Source: Schmidtea nova (taxonomy: Eukaryota). Taken from it: a stretch of 64,000 nucleotides of DNA. The notes under the pieces were generated by a model. The model was not told the origin of the DNA. It was given only the letters and a program-made list of their open reading frames with translations, and ran no database searches. Where the stretch lies: NCBI GenBank assembly GCA_044892505.1, contig CM097882.1, positions 513,298,001 to 513,362,000 of the forward strand, written 5' to 3'. The first letter of the stretch is position 1. Every line of letters begins with the position of its first letter. Of this stretch, positions 36,116 through 49,989 are shown in pieces. A program made the position numbers and the translations under genes.

Positions 36116-38542
36116 TGTTTGACGTGGTGAGTGATAATTATTATTGGTAATTTATTTATTTATTTATTGAGGTTTGTAGTAGTTTGTATTGTTTGTGTTA
36201 ATATGTATTGTGGGAGATTGAAGAGCCCAACAGAGTCTCCAGTAAAAACTGTGTCGGGACTGTTGGAGTAAATGTTATGTAATTATGGTGTATGCGTGCG
36301 TGTGTAGGTTTATATACAACTATAGTTTAATAAAAAGTAAATAACTAACAAAACAAATTACAACAAGTTTTATTTAAACTTTTATCAAATAAAAAAACCA
36401 ACAATTACTCACATAGATTCAAATGTTAGTTTTATTTCGTTTTCTAGTTTTCTTTTGACTAGCTGCCTGACTTTTGCGTGAACTGGATTTCCGTTGCTAA
36501 TTATTGCGTGTTCGACTATGCATTTTATTTCGTCGTTTGGCGTTAGTTTATTAGTTATGTTTGGTACCATTTGTAGGATTTTTAAAATTTAATTAGGTAT
36601 GTTCAAATTTTTGTTTTTTGTTTTCTGTTTTTAGTTTTTGTTCATTTGTTTTTGTTTCACCGTGCTGGGTTGCTATTATTCCAATATCGCAATTGATTTG
36701 TATGTTTGATTGTTTACTTTTGTTGACTGAGTTGTTGAAGTTGTTTGGAATAATTCTTTGGTTTTGCAGTCAACTAATAGGTTAAATTTTAAGAGGAAAT
36801 CTGCTCCTAAAATCGCTTGTTTGACTTCTGCGATAGTGAATTGCCAGTTGTATTGTATTTTGTTGACGGTTATGTTATTGTTTTGTTTACCGATTGTTTT
36901 AATTGGGCTGCCGTTGGCAGCGCACAAACTAATAGTGTCGGTTTTTAAATTTTTGTACAGATGGTTCGGCAATAATGAAATTATTGAACCTGAGTCCACA
37001 AAAAATCAATATTGTTGTTATGCACCGTGAATGTTTGACTGTCACCAATTGTCGGTGCTATCATTGGTGACTTTATATGTTTTCCGACTCTTCTTTGTCA
37101 AAAGAGCAAGGTTTGTTGCATTTGTATGCTTTATTACCAAATTTATTGTGAAAATAACAATAATTTTGTTTTGTGTCTTTGTGGTGGTTATACCATGTTT
37201 TTTTCTATCAGAACAGTTTCGGCTTCCAGATTTTGAATTTTGTCTGGTGTAATTTTGCCTGTTTTCGTAGAACTGTGTTCTTCTGGATTCCTTTCTTTGT
37301 AGTTCTGTTATATCTTTTCTAAGATTTTTATTTTCAATAATGATTTCATGAAATTTTATTAATAAATTTGAAAGTATTTTGTTTGTTTCTGTCGTTTCTG
37401 AAGTGTTGTTATTTATTGGTTTGTTTTGATCTTTGTCATGGGAGTAATTTTTGTTTTGGTAGGTTATACATATTGTCGGATATATTTCATCATTTATTTT
37501 GTCGGCAATCTTTGCGAGAGTTTCTAGGTCCGTGCAATCGCTTACTGCTAGTATTCGACGAATTTTTGGGGGCATTGCACGCATGAATAGATCCTTGATG
37601 AATTCTTTTGACCCAGTGCTTGTTAGTTTTGGTTGTAGGTATTTAAGTTTTGCTTTTAAATTTCGCAAAAATTCTGAAGGTTTGTCGTTTTCAAGTTGGA
37701 TGTCTTTCAAACAAGATTTGAGAATCTCTCGCATGTTATCCTTGTTTCGGTTTATTTGTGTTTTGTACAGGTTTTCGAACGAGTCATCGTCTTTTGATAT
37801 ATCGCCAATTCGGTCGGATATCTCATTTAGTATGTTGCTGGGGAGTGTTACAATTATGTGTGAACATACTGTTTTTGATGATTTTATCCCAGATAAACTT
37901 AATGTTAGTTTGGCAAATTCGAGCCATTTTTGTGGTGTCCCATTTTCGTCTGTGAAAATATTTGGGATATTTGCTTTAGGGTCGAGTTTCTGGGATTAGG
38001 GCAGTTATTTCTATTATCAGTCAGTGGGTTTTCATTGTTATTTGAAGCCATTTGTTTAATGTTTTGTTTATATGTTTATGTTAAAAATTACAGCTTGGTT
38101 TTAAAAATATGACCTACTGTGTTCAGTCTACAGAGCCGCTATTCTTTATACCTCTATACTAGGTATTCTAAATGAGCGGTTGAAAGAAAACGCCAAATGT
38201 ATGTTTTATTCTGACACCAATAATAATGTTTGACGTCGTGAGTGATAATTATTATTGGTAATTTATTTATTGAGGTTTTTAGTAGTGTGTATTGTTTGTG
38301 TGAATGTGTATTATGTGAGATTAAAGAACCAACAGAGTTTCCAGTAAAAACTGTGTCGGGACTGTTGGGGTGAATGTTATGTAATTATGGTGTATTCGTG
38401 CGTGTATAGGTTTATATACAACTATAGTTTAATAAAAAGTAAATAACTAATAAAACAAATTACAACAAGTTTTAAAAATATATCAAATAAAAACCAACAA
38501 TTACTCACATAGATTCAAATGTTAGTTTTATTTCGTTTTCTA
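36116..38542 (-). mobile_element. Deleted gypsy LTR element: LTR, PBS(Leu), gag, PR, LTR
   Basis: Diverged LTR copies at ~36116-36446 and ~38227-38542; PBS TGGTGTCAGAA (38209-38219, minus; tRNA-Leu type); gag KPSEFLR..LFMRAMP..LAKIADKI; protease VDSGS..AANG..ILGADFL; RT, RH and IN absent. Confidence 0.8.
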
Positions 38543-38949
38543 TTATTTTTCTTGGCAATTGATATTTCTCATTTAATGTCTATTTTATTTTGCTAGTCTT
38601 CGTTATTTTTGTTAATTTTCCAGATTCTTCTTTTTTTCTATTATTATTTTATTCACTTCGTAATTTCAATTTTTCGATCGTTATTCCTTAATTTCGTAAT
38701 TTTTATTACTATAGAAATTGCTATATCGATTTTTTATTATTCTTAAATTATATTTTAATTTATTAATAACTTTTTAAGATAATAGTAATTATTAGCTAAA
38801 AAAGTAATTTGGGATCACAACCTCGTTGGGGGTTTAAATACAATAATAAACAATAATGCAAACACTGAAAAGTATCATAGTTGATAAAAAAGAAAAATAA
38901 AAAGTTGTTTGAATCAAGCACACTACAAATATCAATATGAAGAGTATGA

Positions 38950-40800
38950 AACCGACTAGCTGATGGGAAGGTTTGTAATGACGCCTTGATATGACGATAC
39001 ACTTTTGATTTTGAGTAGGAATCGCATTGCTGACACCACATCTGGACATCCTTTATCATTTTGTGCGATGTATATGAACTCAACGTCAATATATTGGTCC
39101 TTCGAATTCCTGGATGAGTGACATTGTGAATCATATAAAAGGCTTTTCTTCTGAGACTTGGAGGTAATATTGATTTCCCATTTTTCATTATTAATTCATT
39201 TTTATTATGCTTCATCTCTTCTTTCTGCTTTTGTAGTATCTCTTCATTTAGTCACAGGTAAACGTTTTCTGAAACTAATTGAACGTCTGTTCTTGAGAGT
39301 GCATCAGCAATTCGGTTTTTATCTCCTGGGTAAAAGACTATCTTCCACTGAAATTCATGAATATATTGGAGATGTCTCCATTGCCTGTTGCTTGGGATTT
39401 TTTTTGTCCTTGGGTAATCGGTTTGTGATCCTTCTGTATCACGAATTCGGTGGCTTCGAGGAAATGATAGAAGTGCTTACAAAATTTGTATATTGCAAGT
39501 AATTCTTTGTCGTATCTACTGTATCTAGATTTTGTCTTCGTTAACAGTCTGATAAAAAATGATATTGGTCGCCCGTTTTGCTCCAGAACTGCTCCAATAC
39601 CCGATCATAAGGCATCTGTTCTCAAAGTTGTAGGTTCATGAAATAACGTGAGTCGGTTTTTGTAATATTTGTTTTGCTACATCAAAACATTTTAGACCTT
39701 CATCCGTCAAAATTATCTTTTTTTGATTTAGAATTGATAAGTCTATAAGCAATTCTAATGTATTTGCATCCTCTGAAATGAAATTATCGAATTAATTGAA
39801 ACTCTTCAACATGCAGTCGATTAGAGCGTGATGTGCTGCTAGAAAATCTGAACCAAGAATAAGCTGTGATACATCGCATACATGGAAAAAGCAACTAATT
39901 GTTTTGTCATCGATTCGTAAATCAATTTTCCTATTACCATAACATTTTATTGGAGTACTATTAGCAGCTGTGAGTCGAGATAAGCACGGAGTTTCGGGCT
40001 TGAAATATTTTCGAGGCAGACATGAAACAGATACTCCTGTATGCACTAAAAATTTGTCTTTATTATTGAAAATAAAAATTTGGTTTACTGTACACCACTT
40101 TTGAATACACGCTTCGACGGTGGTTAATTTCGAAGCGTTTTTCCATTTACCGGCATAAATAAGGCACATCGGAATCCACCTTTCAGTTTGTCACATTTCC
40201 TGTCGTTTTTCTTCAATTTCTTGGGACTTTCTTTTAAATAGAATATTTCTTTTAATTCCGCAATTTCATCCATTAAAGCCTGAATTTTAAAATTGTAATT
40301 TGAATATGGTGTTTCATTTTCCATTACAGCTAACATCCCATCCGCTATTGCAGCCAATTTTTCCGTAGACTTTTTTGATAACTTGTGATTATGAGCTTTA
40401 TGTCCTTCGGGAGAGCTTCAATAAACTCTTGTCGCAATAACCATTGGTCTGTTATTTGAGCTTCTGTGAACGCCGTACTAATTTTATGAAGAAGTTATTT
40501 AGGTTTTAAATCATCTAGATTAAATTTTCCAAGTGCGTGCTCAATACATTTTGCCAGTGGCTTGGAAAAATTCTTCATAATAATTCCTTTGATGCATTGG
40601 TAAGATTCATTGACTGTCTCTGGAATATTAGTGACAACATCTTCGAGGAAATAAGCCATAACGTAATGAAATCTAGTCGAATCTTTTGATAATTTAGACT
40701 ATTTGAATTGGGATTCTAATGATCTGAACCATAGAGCTGGATTATTTCTTTAGAAGAGACATGGTTTGATTGAAACTCGCAAAATAGCGTCTTCTAAATA
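38950..40800 (-). mobile_element. Second, older decayed gypsy element (gag, PR, RNase H and integrase remnants)
   Basis: NPALWFRSLESQF (gag), LTAANSTPI..ILGSDFL (PR), TDAL*SGIGAVLEQ (RH), HNVTHPGIR..CQQC and RFHTLHIDI (IN); many stops. Confidence 0.75.
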
Positions 40801-41969
40801 TTTTTGAATTGCCGCGTGATTGCCAATATTATGATTTGATATAATCAGGTAAATTTACAAATTCAAATTCTATTATATCGACAATCTTTCGATATTTAAA
40901 CAAAATTAATATTTTGTTAAATTGATGTGTGATTAATATTTTTAATAACAATCATGTATTGGGTAACCGGTTATTTTCAAAATTCATTCGACTTCACAAT
41001 TATTAGCTTTATTCTTCTTTATTTACGATCTTTTAAGCACATTCACAATTGATTATAGAATTGTGTCAAAGAAGTTATATTCGAATTACTTATTCGAAAT
41101 TACTTATTCCTCATCAATAATTTTCCAAATTTAGATAATCAGGCGTCAATCAACCAGATAATCTAAATGAAATAAAATTATTTTATTTTAGCATGCCATG
41201 TGGATTTTGATTACTAATTAAATTGATTAATTTATTTCAATTAATTTATTTTGATTTTTGTGCCCACTAAAATCCGTTTCCCCCGGTAATATTAACTTTT
41301 TTAAAGTTCTTTGTACACTTTTACTTTATTTTATACAACGCCAATAGTACCTTACACATGAGTATTAAAATAGCTTTAACTTAAAGAATAATTAAGAATA
41401 ATTTTGAATATGAAATATTTTGACTATATTTTGAATGTAAATATCAAAGTAGAATCCACTATCAGTTTGGGTTCATAAAATCTTCACATTAAGCTTACAT
41501 TCATTTAAATAAAGATTACATTAGTAAGCAATCAATCAAATTCGAGCATTCATATATTTTTTAATTAAGGGTAAATTTCATTGTAATTCAGTCTATGAGA
41601 ATTTTATATCAAATTATTCATAAATATAAAACATTTAACTTAAAGGAAATTGTCAATAGTAACTAAATTATCAATCATTATCGAGTATTTTACATGTGAT
41701 AAAAAACAATTGACTAAAGAATTATGTTCAAAGTTTATTTAATTACTGTCAGGTTTTATCTATACTCTTGATAGAAATTTATATAGATTTGATGATAATT
41801 TATAAATAATGAGTTAGTTGTATAGTTATTTTGTTAGTTAGTTAATTGATTAGTTAGATAGTAACCTAATATTTGGTCGATGGTTTGTTAATATGTATAC
41901 AATAACAAAATATTTGAATTGTTTTATGATATTCATTATCAATGATGAAATATATAAATTTAAAATTAT

Positions 41970-44900
41970 GTACTTGTAGTTTGTTATATAAACAAACATT
42001 CTTTAATAACTTTATATAGAAGGAAGAATTTCATTAAATATATACCAATTGGTTTGACCATGTATTTAGAAAATCGTGTAAATATATTTAGGAGTTCAAT
42101 TATCGATACTTTTGTTAATATTTTTGTCTACAACTTAGAAATTTAGTCGAGTGTTGAAAGTTTTATATAAATTTCATTCTAAGTACTGGTAAATATAGTT
42201 AACAATGTGGTTATAGAATTACTCAAAAAATTACAAAGATCGATTTTTCATTATCTATTTTTTCTTCTAATTATTCATATTTTTAACATTTATTAATAAA
42301 TTATCTGTTTTCATTATCTTTTCAAATTTATTAAATTTAAATTTGAAAATCATTCAATTTTATGCAGAACTTGATATTTGTAACTTAAATGCGAGGATTT
42401 TATTAAATTTTTATTGTAAATCCTGTGAATAAATTTTTGAATATTGTGAATAAATTTTTGTCATTATTAGAACCTTAATTTATTGATATGAGCTATGATA
42501 GCTCATATCAATAAATTAAGGTTCTAATAATGACAAAAATTTATTCACAATATTCAAAAATTTATTCGCTCAGCTATCCTAGAAACCTTAATACAAATAT
42601 GAATATTTCAAGCTTTGAGAAATGTAAAGTATAAATCTTTATGTCTCAAATTCATTTTTTTCAGGTGTAATATTTGACATCAAAACCTTTGATTATCATC
42701 ATTTGGTTAAATAAATGAACTTAAATCAAAGATTGAGGATGAAGAAATAATAAACATTTTAGAAAGCGTTACCTAATGTTTTCTTATGTATGCATATCAA
42801 AATTAATAACGAAAATCAGATCGTTAATTTCCTTGTTTTTAATTTAATTTATCCTAATTTTATTATTTTAGAAACACTTTTCAACGTACTGATTGATACT
42901 GTGATTACACTGTATCCTCAAGAAATGAAAGATTTAGTCTTTTTTTCACCGGAATTGATAAAATTCAAGATCACGTTAATATAGGGTTTTTCAGTCATTA
43001 TAGTCATTTTTTCACTCAATTATAGTCATCAAAAAAAATTATTTATTATTCAATATAGTCATTGAGTTATTTATTATTCATAATTTTTATCCCAATGACG
43101 AGAAACAAAATATCAGAAGAAAAATGGCAACTTATAATCCAGTGGTAAAAGTGTCAAAGAAATTCAAAGTCTCCTTGAAAATATACGAAGAACATCCATC
43201 AACAACGTGATAAAGAAGTATCGCGATATCGGCATAATTTGCAGTTCTCCCCGAGGTGGACTTGATATTAAACAGTTGCTTGAAGAATAAAAAATAAATT
43301 TAGATAAAACTAACATCAAATTAGAGCCAATTTGTTTTATTTATTGTAAATTTGTCTGAATTGAAAGCTTTTAAAGGATAAGGAGGAGCTTCTTTAAGCA
43401 CTCAAAAGATGGCACAAAATCATTTGATTGATAAATAAAATTTAATTTTCATATTTTGACTTTTAATTCTTATATTTTGGTTTATTAGTCTTTTTTGTAG
43501 CTTTTTATAAATTTTAAAGGTTTTTAGCAGCATTTGTATTTTATTTTTTTAAGTTTAACTTGTATTCAAATTTTGTTTGGTTTCATACAAAAATTTTTCT
43601 TGTGATTAATATCATTTTAGAATGGAAGGATAAAAATTATTTAGTAACAATAAATCGGTTCAGTCAATTAGATTCACGAAAGATGATATGAAACCATTTA
43701 AATGAAATTTATATTTTTAAAATTTATTTTGGTAAATGAAATCAAGTACAAGTTTTCAGATTCAATTAAACTGAATAAAAGTCAGTATTCAAATCTTTAT
43801 CGTAAAATATCTAACAACAAGAAACGATTTTGTAACGAAAATATGTTTTTTAAATGTTTGTCATACTAGATTCCGTGAAGCATTTGAAGAAATGGAATTC
43901 AAAGATATGGAAAACTGATATATTTATATCACATTTCAAGGCTATAAAGTTGAAGAAAATGATATTATGTATCCAATTTGGAAAATTAATAGTACAAGAC
44001 TTTCTTTTGGATTTTAATAACGTTTTGAATTTGTTATTGTCTTTTAATTACTATATTTTTATTGTGTTACTTTTTATAGAAGTATTCTTTCTACGTGGTA
44101 AAATCTTTTATTTGTGTTAAATATTATTTATAATTTTAATATTATTATACTATTGATTTTTATTTAATTTTGTTAAAAAATAATTTCCACTAGTCTTGAA
44201 CAATTTAGTTAAAACAATATTTCATAATTTAAGATAATTTTGAAATTTTTCTCACTCAGAATTCCGAAAAATTTAGTAATTATTTTTGATATTATGTCAT
44301 AAACTAATTTGAAAACTAATTCATTTTAAAATTCTCTTATTGTGTCATTAAAACTCTCATATTGATTTATTTTACATTTTTCAAAATATTACGTCATCAT
44401 ATTTAGAAAAAATGCTTTAATATCAAACGGTTTTAATCTTATGTTTGATACATATCTTTAACTTTATACATTTGAAAGCGTCTATAAAATTTTTACATCA
44501 ATTAAAAATTTGATAGCTGAAAATTCTTTACAAAATAAAAATTCTACTTGCCCTTTTAAAATATATACATGTTTTTTATACAAATATTTGAAGCCAGAAA
44601 AAAATTTACTTTACATAAATATGGATTTAGGCAATTTTGTCTATTTTAAAATTTGAAGCCATTTTTCAAATATTTACACGTTTCTTTTATTTACAATACA
44701 AATTTGAGACCAATCTATATTCAAAATTTTATGTCCCTTTTTCATCTAAAAAATTGAGAGCTAAAAATTTGTATATAAAATTACATAGAACAATTTTTTA
44801 CCTTAATATGTGAGAGTATTATTTGTATTTCTTTTGAAGAAAATTTATTTAAAATTTTATAACTATCGGTAATTATAAAATTTAATTGTTTTTGGTTAAA

Positions 44901-45400
44901 GATTTTTAACATTATTTGGTTTTGAAAATTTTATTGAAAAATAATTAATTTAAAATTATGTAATAATTATCTAAACCCTAGGTTCAAATTCCAAAGTTTC
45001 AACATATTAAATTTGTTTTAAATTTTTATTAAATATTTGCCAAGAAAATCTTTAGTAAAAAATGAAAAACTAAGTCGAAAAAATTTAAATTGAAATAAAA
45101 AAATTTATTAAGCAATTATTTAATTATTTAATTTATTACAAAACTATTGCCTAACAACTATATGAATCAATATTTTGTGTTATGTTAAAAACTGTATATG
45201 TCAATAAATTGTATAATGCAATAACTATACTAATCAATATTCGATCTTACGTAATATATATATATATATATATATATAATTTTAAAAATCATATTTAATA
45301 ATTGTATTAATACGTAAAAATTACGCAGTAACATGGATAATAATGCGATACTTAAAAATATTATAAAGTTATGTAATTCTTATATTATTATTGCGTCATT
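41970..45400. repeat. Diverged inverted paralogue of the AT-rich block at 3770-4195 plus 7732-10130
   Basis: See the 3770-10130 entry; lacks the gypsy insertion and carries its own ~270-bp insertion. Confidence 0.75.
42982..43256 (+). mobile_element. Truncated Tc1-like fragment inserted in the AT-rich block
   Basis: Absent from the paralogous copy; encodes HTH-like MTRNKISEEKWQLII..RTSINNVIKKYRDIG..PRGG. Confidence 0.55.
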
Positions 45401-45710
45401 TCCAAATAAATTATGATTGGGTTTCCAAAAAATGTGGGATGTCTCAGGTATATTTGGCTTGATCTATCATTCCTCTACTTATTTTCAAAAAAAACTTAGT
45501 AAAAAATGTCATTTTTCTACATAATTACTCCAAAATTTATTTTTAGATTATATTTAAAATTTTAACCGTAACAATTTTTTTTGTTTTGTTTTATTATTAT
45601 TATTATCATAATTATCTTTTTTCACCTTTGATCTTTTTTTATTATTATTATCAATAATTCTCATAATGATGACTATAGATCAAAATTTTTTTTTATAAAC
45701 AATAACACAA

Positions 45711-45782
<72 letters not shown>

Positions 45783-46269
45783 ATTAATTAATAGATAACA
45801 AAATAAGCCTTTGCTGCAAAATATGTTTTATTAATGGAAAACTTTCGCTTATAAAATGATCCTCTTCAATCCTATTTCGAAATCCATTTCTGCTAATTCT
45901 TTCTCGTGAATTCTTTTCTTTTTCATTGGATGTTAATCTAATTAATATAAGTTTTAAATTTTAAAACCCTGTTTAAGTAAAAATAGTTTTTTTGTTAAAA
46001 ATTTAAAAATATAAAATAAACACTAAAATATAAAATTTTTCGGAATCAATATAAATCTTCTACTTTTTTTTGAAAAAGGTCTTCGATTTAAAATCAAAAT
46101 TCTTTTAAAAACTTTTTATCCTTTCTAAAATTTAAAATGTTTTCCCTTTTATTGTCTGTATTCTATATTCCAATTTTCTAACCTTTTATATTTGAATTTT
46201 TTAAATTAATTTAATTATATCTCTATTTTGTTTAATTTCTCGTTTACTCACATATATATATTTTTCTCT

Positions 46270-48606
46270 TTCCTCTTTGTAGGACAACATGGTTTCTAAC
46301 AAGGTAGTAAGTGGGCGATTTCGCTAGCTTCCTCTTTAATGTTAATATTTGGGTGTTTGTCTCTAATGAGAATAGCTTCTTTCAGTCTGAGATTTATTTC
46401 ATCGTTTTAGCTTTTCCATCTTCTCACTGATACTAAATTTCCTTTTTTTCTGTCTGACATTGGTGAAGATGTCAATATACCGATGACTTTCCATCATGAT
46501 CAAGATGTTCTTTAATTCTCTGATGCAAAGTCCGAAATGTGCTTCCGATGTAAATTTCTTCGCATTTATTGTACATGATGCTATTGACTTTGTTCTCGTG
46601 GTGTTTGGTGTTTGGCAGCTTTTCTTATTCTTGGGTTGTTAACTAGGGCCTGCCTCAATGTCTTATATATATATGTACCAAACGAATTGGAAGACCAGCA
46701 TGATTAAGTTCTCTGATGATCATAAAGTTGATCCGGACATTGATAAAATGAATTCGAAGGTAAAAATATTTTTTTTCTTTTGTAGATTTTTCTACGTTCT
46801 CGGGTTGCATTTTATTTTGTTAATCTCGTTACTATTTTGATATCCAATACGATGCAGGACTTCAGTAAATATTGTTTGTTGTGCTGAATTGTCCTCTTCT
46901 TTTGTGCATCGATTCACTATCCTCTATTTCTCATTTTTATAACGTTTACTTTCTGTATATGAGGAAGTGCTAATCTTTGGTGCATAATTATTTGTTTTTC
47001 GGGATGATTTTTTATAGAATCCCTATGTTGGATTGTCTGAATTTATTTTTATTCTTAGATCTAATAGTTCGAGAGATCCATCTTATTTTGGGTATTCAAT
47101 CTCAAATATAATGTCATTGTGTGTCGCATTGAAAATGGGAATTATTTCCTCCGCTTCCATTTTGCTGTGTTGTGATAAAGACATCATCTATATATCATGC
47201 GTATATACCAATAGCTTTTATGGTTATCAATGTTTGTTGTTCGAGATAATCCATTAATATAGTCGCTAGTATGGCTGATATACTAGAGCTCATTGGCAGA
47301 GCTCTTACTTGTTGGTATACTTTCTGTTCAAATGTAAAGTAAGTGCTTCCGGAAATCACAGTGAGAAGTTCAATTATGTCTTCTGTCTGTATCTCCTTAA
47401 TTATAACTTTACATTCTCTTAACATTTTTTCTAAACAATCTTTAGCATGTTTAGGGTGAATAGAAGTGTATAGGGATGCCACGTCAAGGCTAAAATGATA
47501 ATTGAATTTTGCATGGGTGGTTGCATCTGTTTTATTTAATTTTGACATAGGACAGTCACTGTTTTAAAGATTGTATGGTATTTGGTTCAGCAATGGTTTT
47601 AGAATTTTGGAGCGAAGCCAACTTCCTTTGGTTGTTGGACCCTTTTCATTGGATACAATCTGTCTAATATTGATAGCGGGACCTTCTTTACCGATTTTAA
47701 TTAAACTGTAAATTATTGGAATGCTTTTTGTTATAAAACCTTTGATAGATCTTTTCTTTGATACTACTTGTGTCGCTGAGGTGTTCTTAAGCTGCTTCAC
47801 AATAACGGTTTTTCTCAATTACACAAAAACTCGCCTTCTTTGTCGCTTGGTAGGTAGATGTTTGGTTTGAGTTTTAGGGATTTCAAAGTAGCTTGTTCAT
47901 AGGTCGATAAGTTTGAGTTTTGTGGTTTCATTTTCGCTTTTTTCTATAATACATACAATTTTGCTGAAAACCTTTGATAGAGTCGAATCTTGTTCTGTAT
48001 TAGGATTGGGAGTGTACAGTCTATCCGTGTTCATGTAGACAGGGATCTCGTTATGTGAACATACCATTTGATTTGTTATGACATACGACCAAGCGCAGCT
48101 TTGCAATCAAGTAGAGTTTCATCAGTAATTTTGCTGTTTAAACTGAATTTTGGTCATTGTTGGATAGGCTATTTGTAAAATCGGTTACTAGTTCATATTT
48201 ATTATTATTCATAGAATTATTCTCGTTTGATCTATGTATATACGTATTGGAACCTGTTTTCACTTCATTCTTTCTTAAGAGGTTCATGAATCTATTTTCT
48301 AGTCTCTGAAAATGATGTGCCTTCGCTGTGACGAACGTGTATCTATGTACTTCGTATACTAAGTCTTTTGGATGTTTAAGTGTACATGCTTGTATGACAA
48401 TTTCCTTTTTCTTTCTTTCTCGGTGAACTTCCCTATGCAGGTTTATGAATAGAGTTGATACGATATGTTCTTTTATGGTTATGTTTAGCTTGTTTTTATT
48501 TTATTTTTCTTTAGTATTAGTGGTAGATGGATGCTATCAATAATCGTTAGAAACACATTTGATTCTTTACAACGACGTAAGAAGTATATTTGGCTGTATA
48601 ACTTTG
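46270..48606 (-). mobile_element. Decayed Penelope-like retroelement (RT plus GIY-YIG endonuclease)
   Basis: RT SLDVASLYTSI, YFTFEQKVYQQ..LPM..IS, YIDDVF; endonuclease KCEEIYIGSTFRTLHQRIKEH and KEAILI..PNIN. 5' end lost at the gap. Confidence 0.85.
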
Positions 48607-48950
48607 NNNNNNNNNNNNNNNNNNNNNNNNNNNNNNNNNNNNNNNNNNNNNNNNNNNNNNNNNNNNNNNNNNNNNNNNNNNNNNNNNNNNNNNNNNNNNN
48701 NNNNNNNNNNNNNNNNNNNNNNNNNNNNNNNNNNNNNNNNNNNNNNNNNNNNNNNNNNNNNNNNNNNNNNNNNNNNNNNNNNNNNNNNNNNNNNNNNNNN
48801 NNNNNNNNNNNNNNNNNNNNNNNNNNNNNNNNNNNNNNNNNNNNNNNNNNNNNNNNNNNNNNNNNNNNNNNNNNNNNNNNNNNNNNNNNNNNNNNNNNNN
48901 NNNNNNNNNNNNNNNNNNNNNNNNNNNNNNNNNNNNNNNNNNNNNNNNNN
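48607..48950. other. Assembly gap
   Basis: Run of N. Confidence 1.
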
Positions 48951-49989
48951 AAAACTTATTGAAGAAGACTTCGATAAAAAGTTGCAGTGAATAAAAATTT
49001 AAAAATGATTTGTGATAAAGATGTAATATTTATTTATTAATATTATTTTGTATTTATTATTTTAAACCAAGCCAATGTGTGAAACATTGGATCATTTTCA
49101 TTGACTAGATACCTATGATTTGTTTCTGATCTGTACATTTCGATTAATAGGTGGAAAAAATAAATTAAATATCTCATGCTAGTGCTTATATGATATTACT
49201 ATTATGACGATAAAATTGATCATTATGCCATTTGCCATGACAATGATTGCTCCAGTAATATTCCACTGCGACGCGGAACATTTCTAATGACATTCCCATT
49301 GTCAGCACAGTTCAATGCTCAAGTATGATGTGCAAATAAAAAAAATTTAAATTAAATTAAACTTATTCAAAAACGTACAAACCTTTTATGTTCATTTTTA
49401 TATTATACTAGATCAAATTTCTTTATTTGTACACAAATCTTCGGCAGAGTGTTGCAAAAGATATATTTTAGATATACCTTAGCATAACTTAGGTTCATTG
49501 ACTATATTAAGTGTCATGCCGTTACTTTAGATCCTAATGTCTTCTTTTGTGTAACGATATAATCAGAGCTGGTATAGCGATATTTTGAGGTGTTAGTTTG
49601 AGGCAATATTCGAAAAGAACCTCAAAATGTAAAATAGAAGTGATATGGTTGCCAACACTCCATTAGGTATTGTAGCAAACAGCCTTGTATTATCTCTATC
49701 AAATTTAGTCAATACACTTAGAAATTTCTTAACTTTGCTGGTTACCAAAAGAAGCTATTCAAAATTCTAGTTCATCTAAACGCACCTGCGTACATCAATG
49801 ACACAGGATAAGCTAGATGGTTTGGCAACAATCTTAGACTTAGCATTAGAAAATTTAATTGAAAAATTTATTGCAGTGAAGACTAGTAAGCAACTATTTT
49901 AATTTTGAACAACGATATTCTACTGAATTTATCAATATATTTCAGTTCTGTAATTTTATTAAGCTATAGTAAAAAATTTGTATTAGTTA

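Noticed and set aside
38227-38542. LTR shared by two tandem gypsy elements
   Set aside because: The gag and protease sequences on either side are very different families, and the upstream element is truncated in integrase before the LTR.
45712-45782. (ATT)n, (AAT)n and (TA)n microsatellites at ~8240, ~33895, ~45240, ~45712 and ~56246
   Set aside because: Ordinary simple repeats in an AT-rich genome.
49050-49960. Coding-like composition suggesting a decayed gene
   Set aside because: No frame gave a recognisable motif by eye; needs BLASTX.
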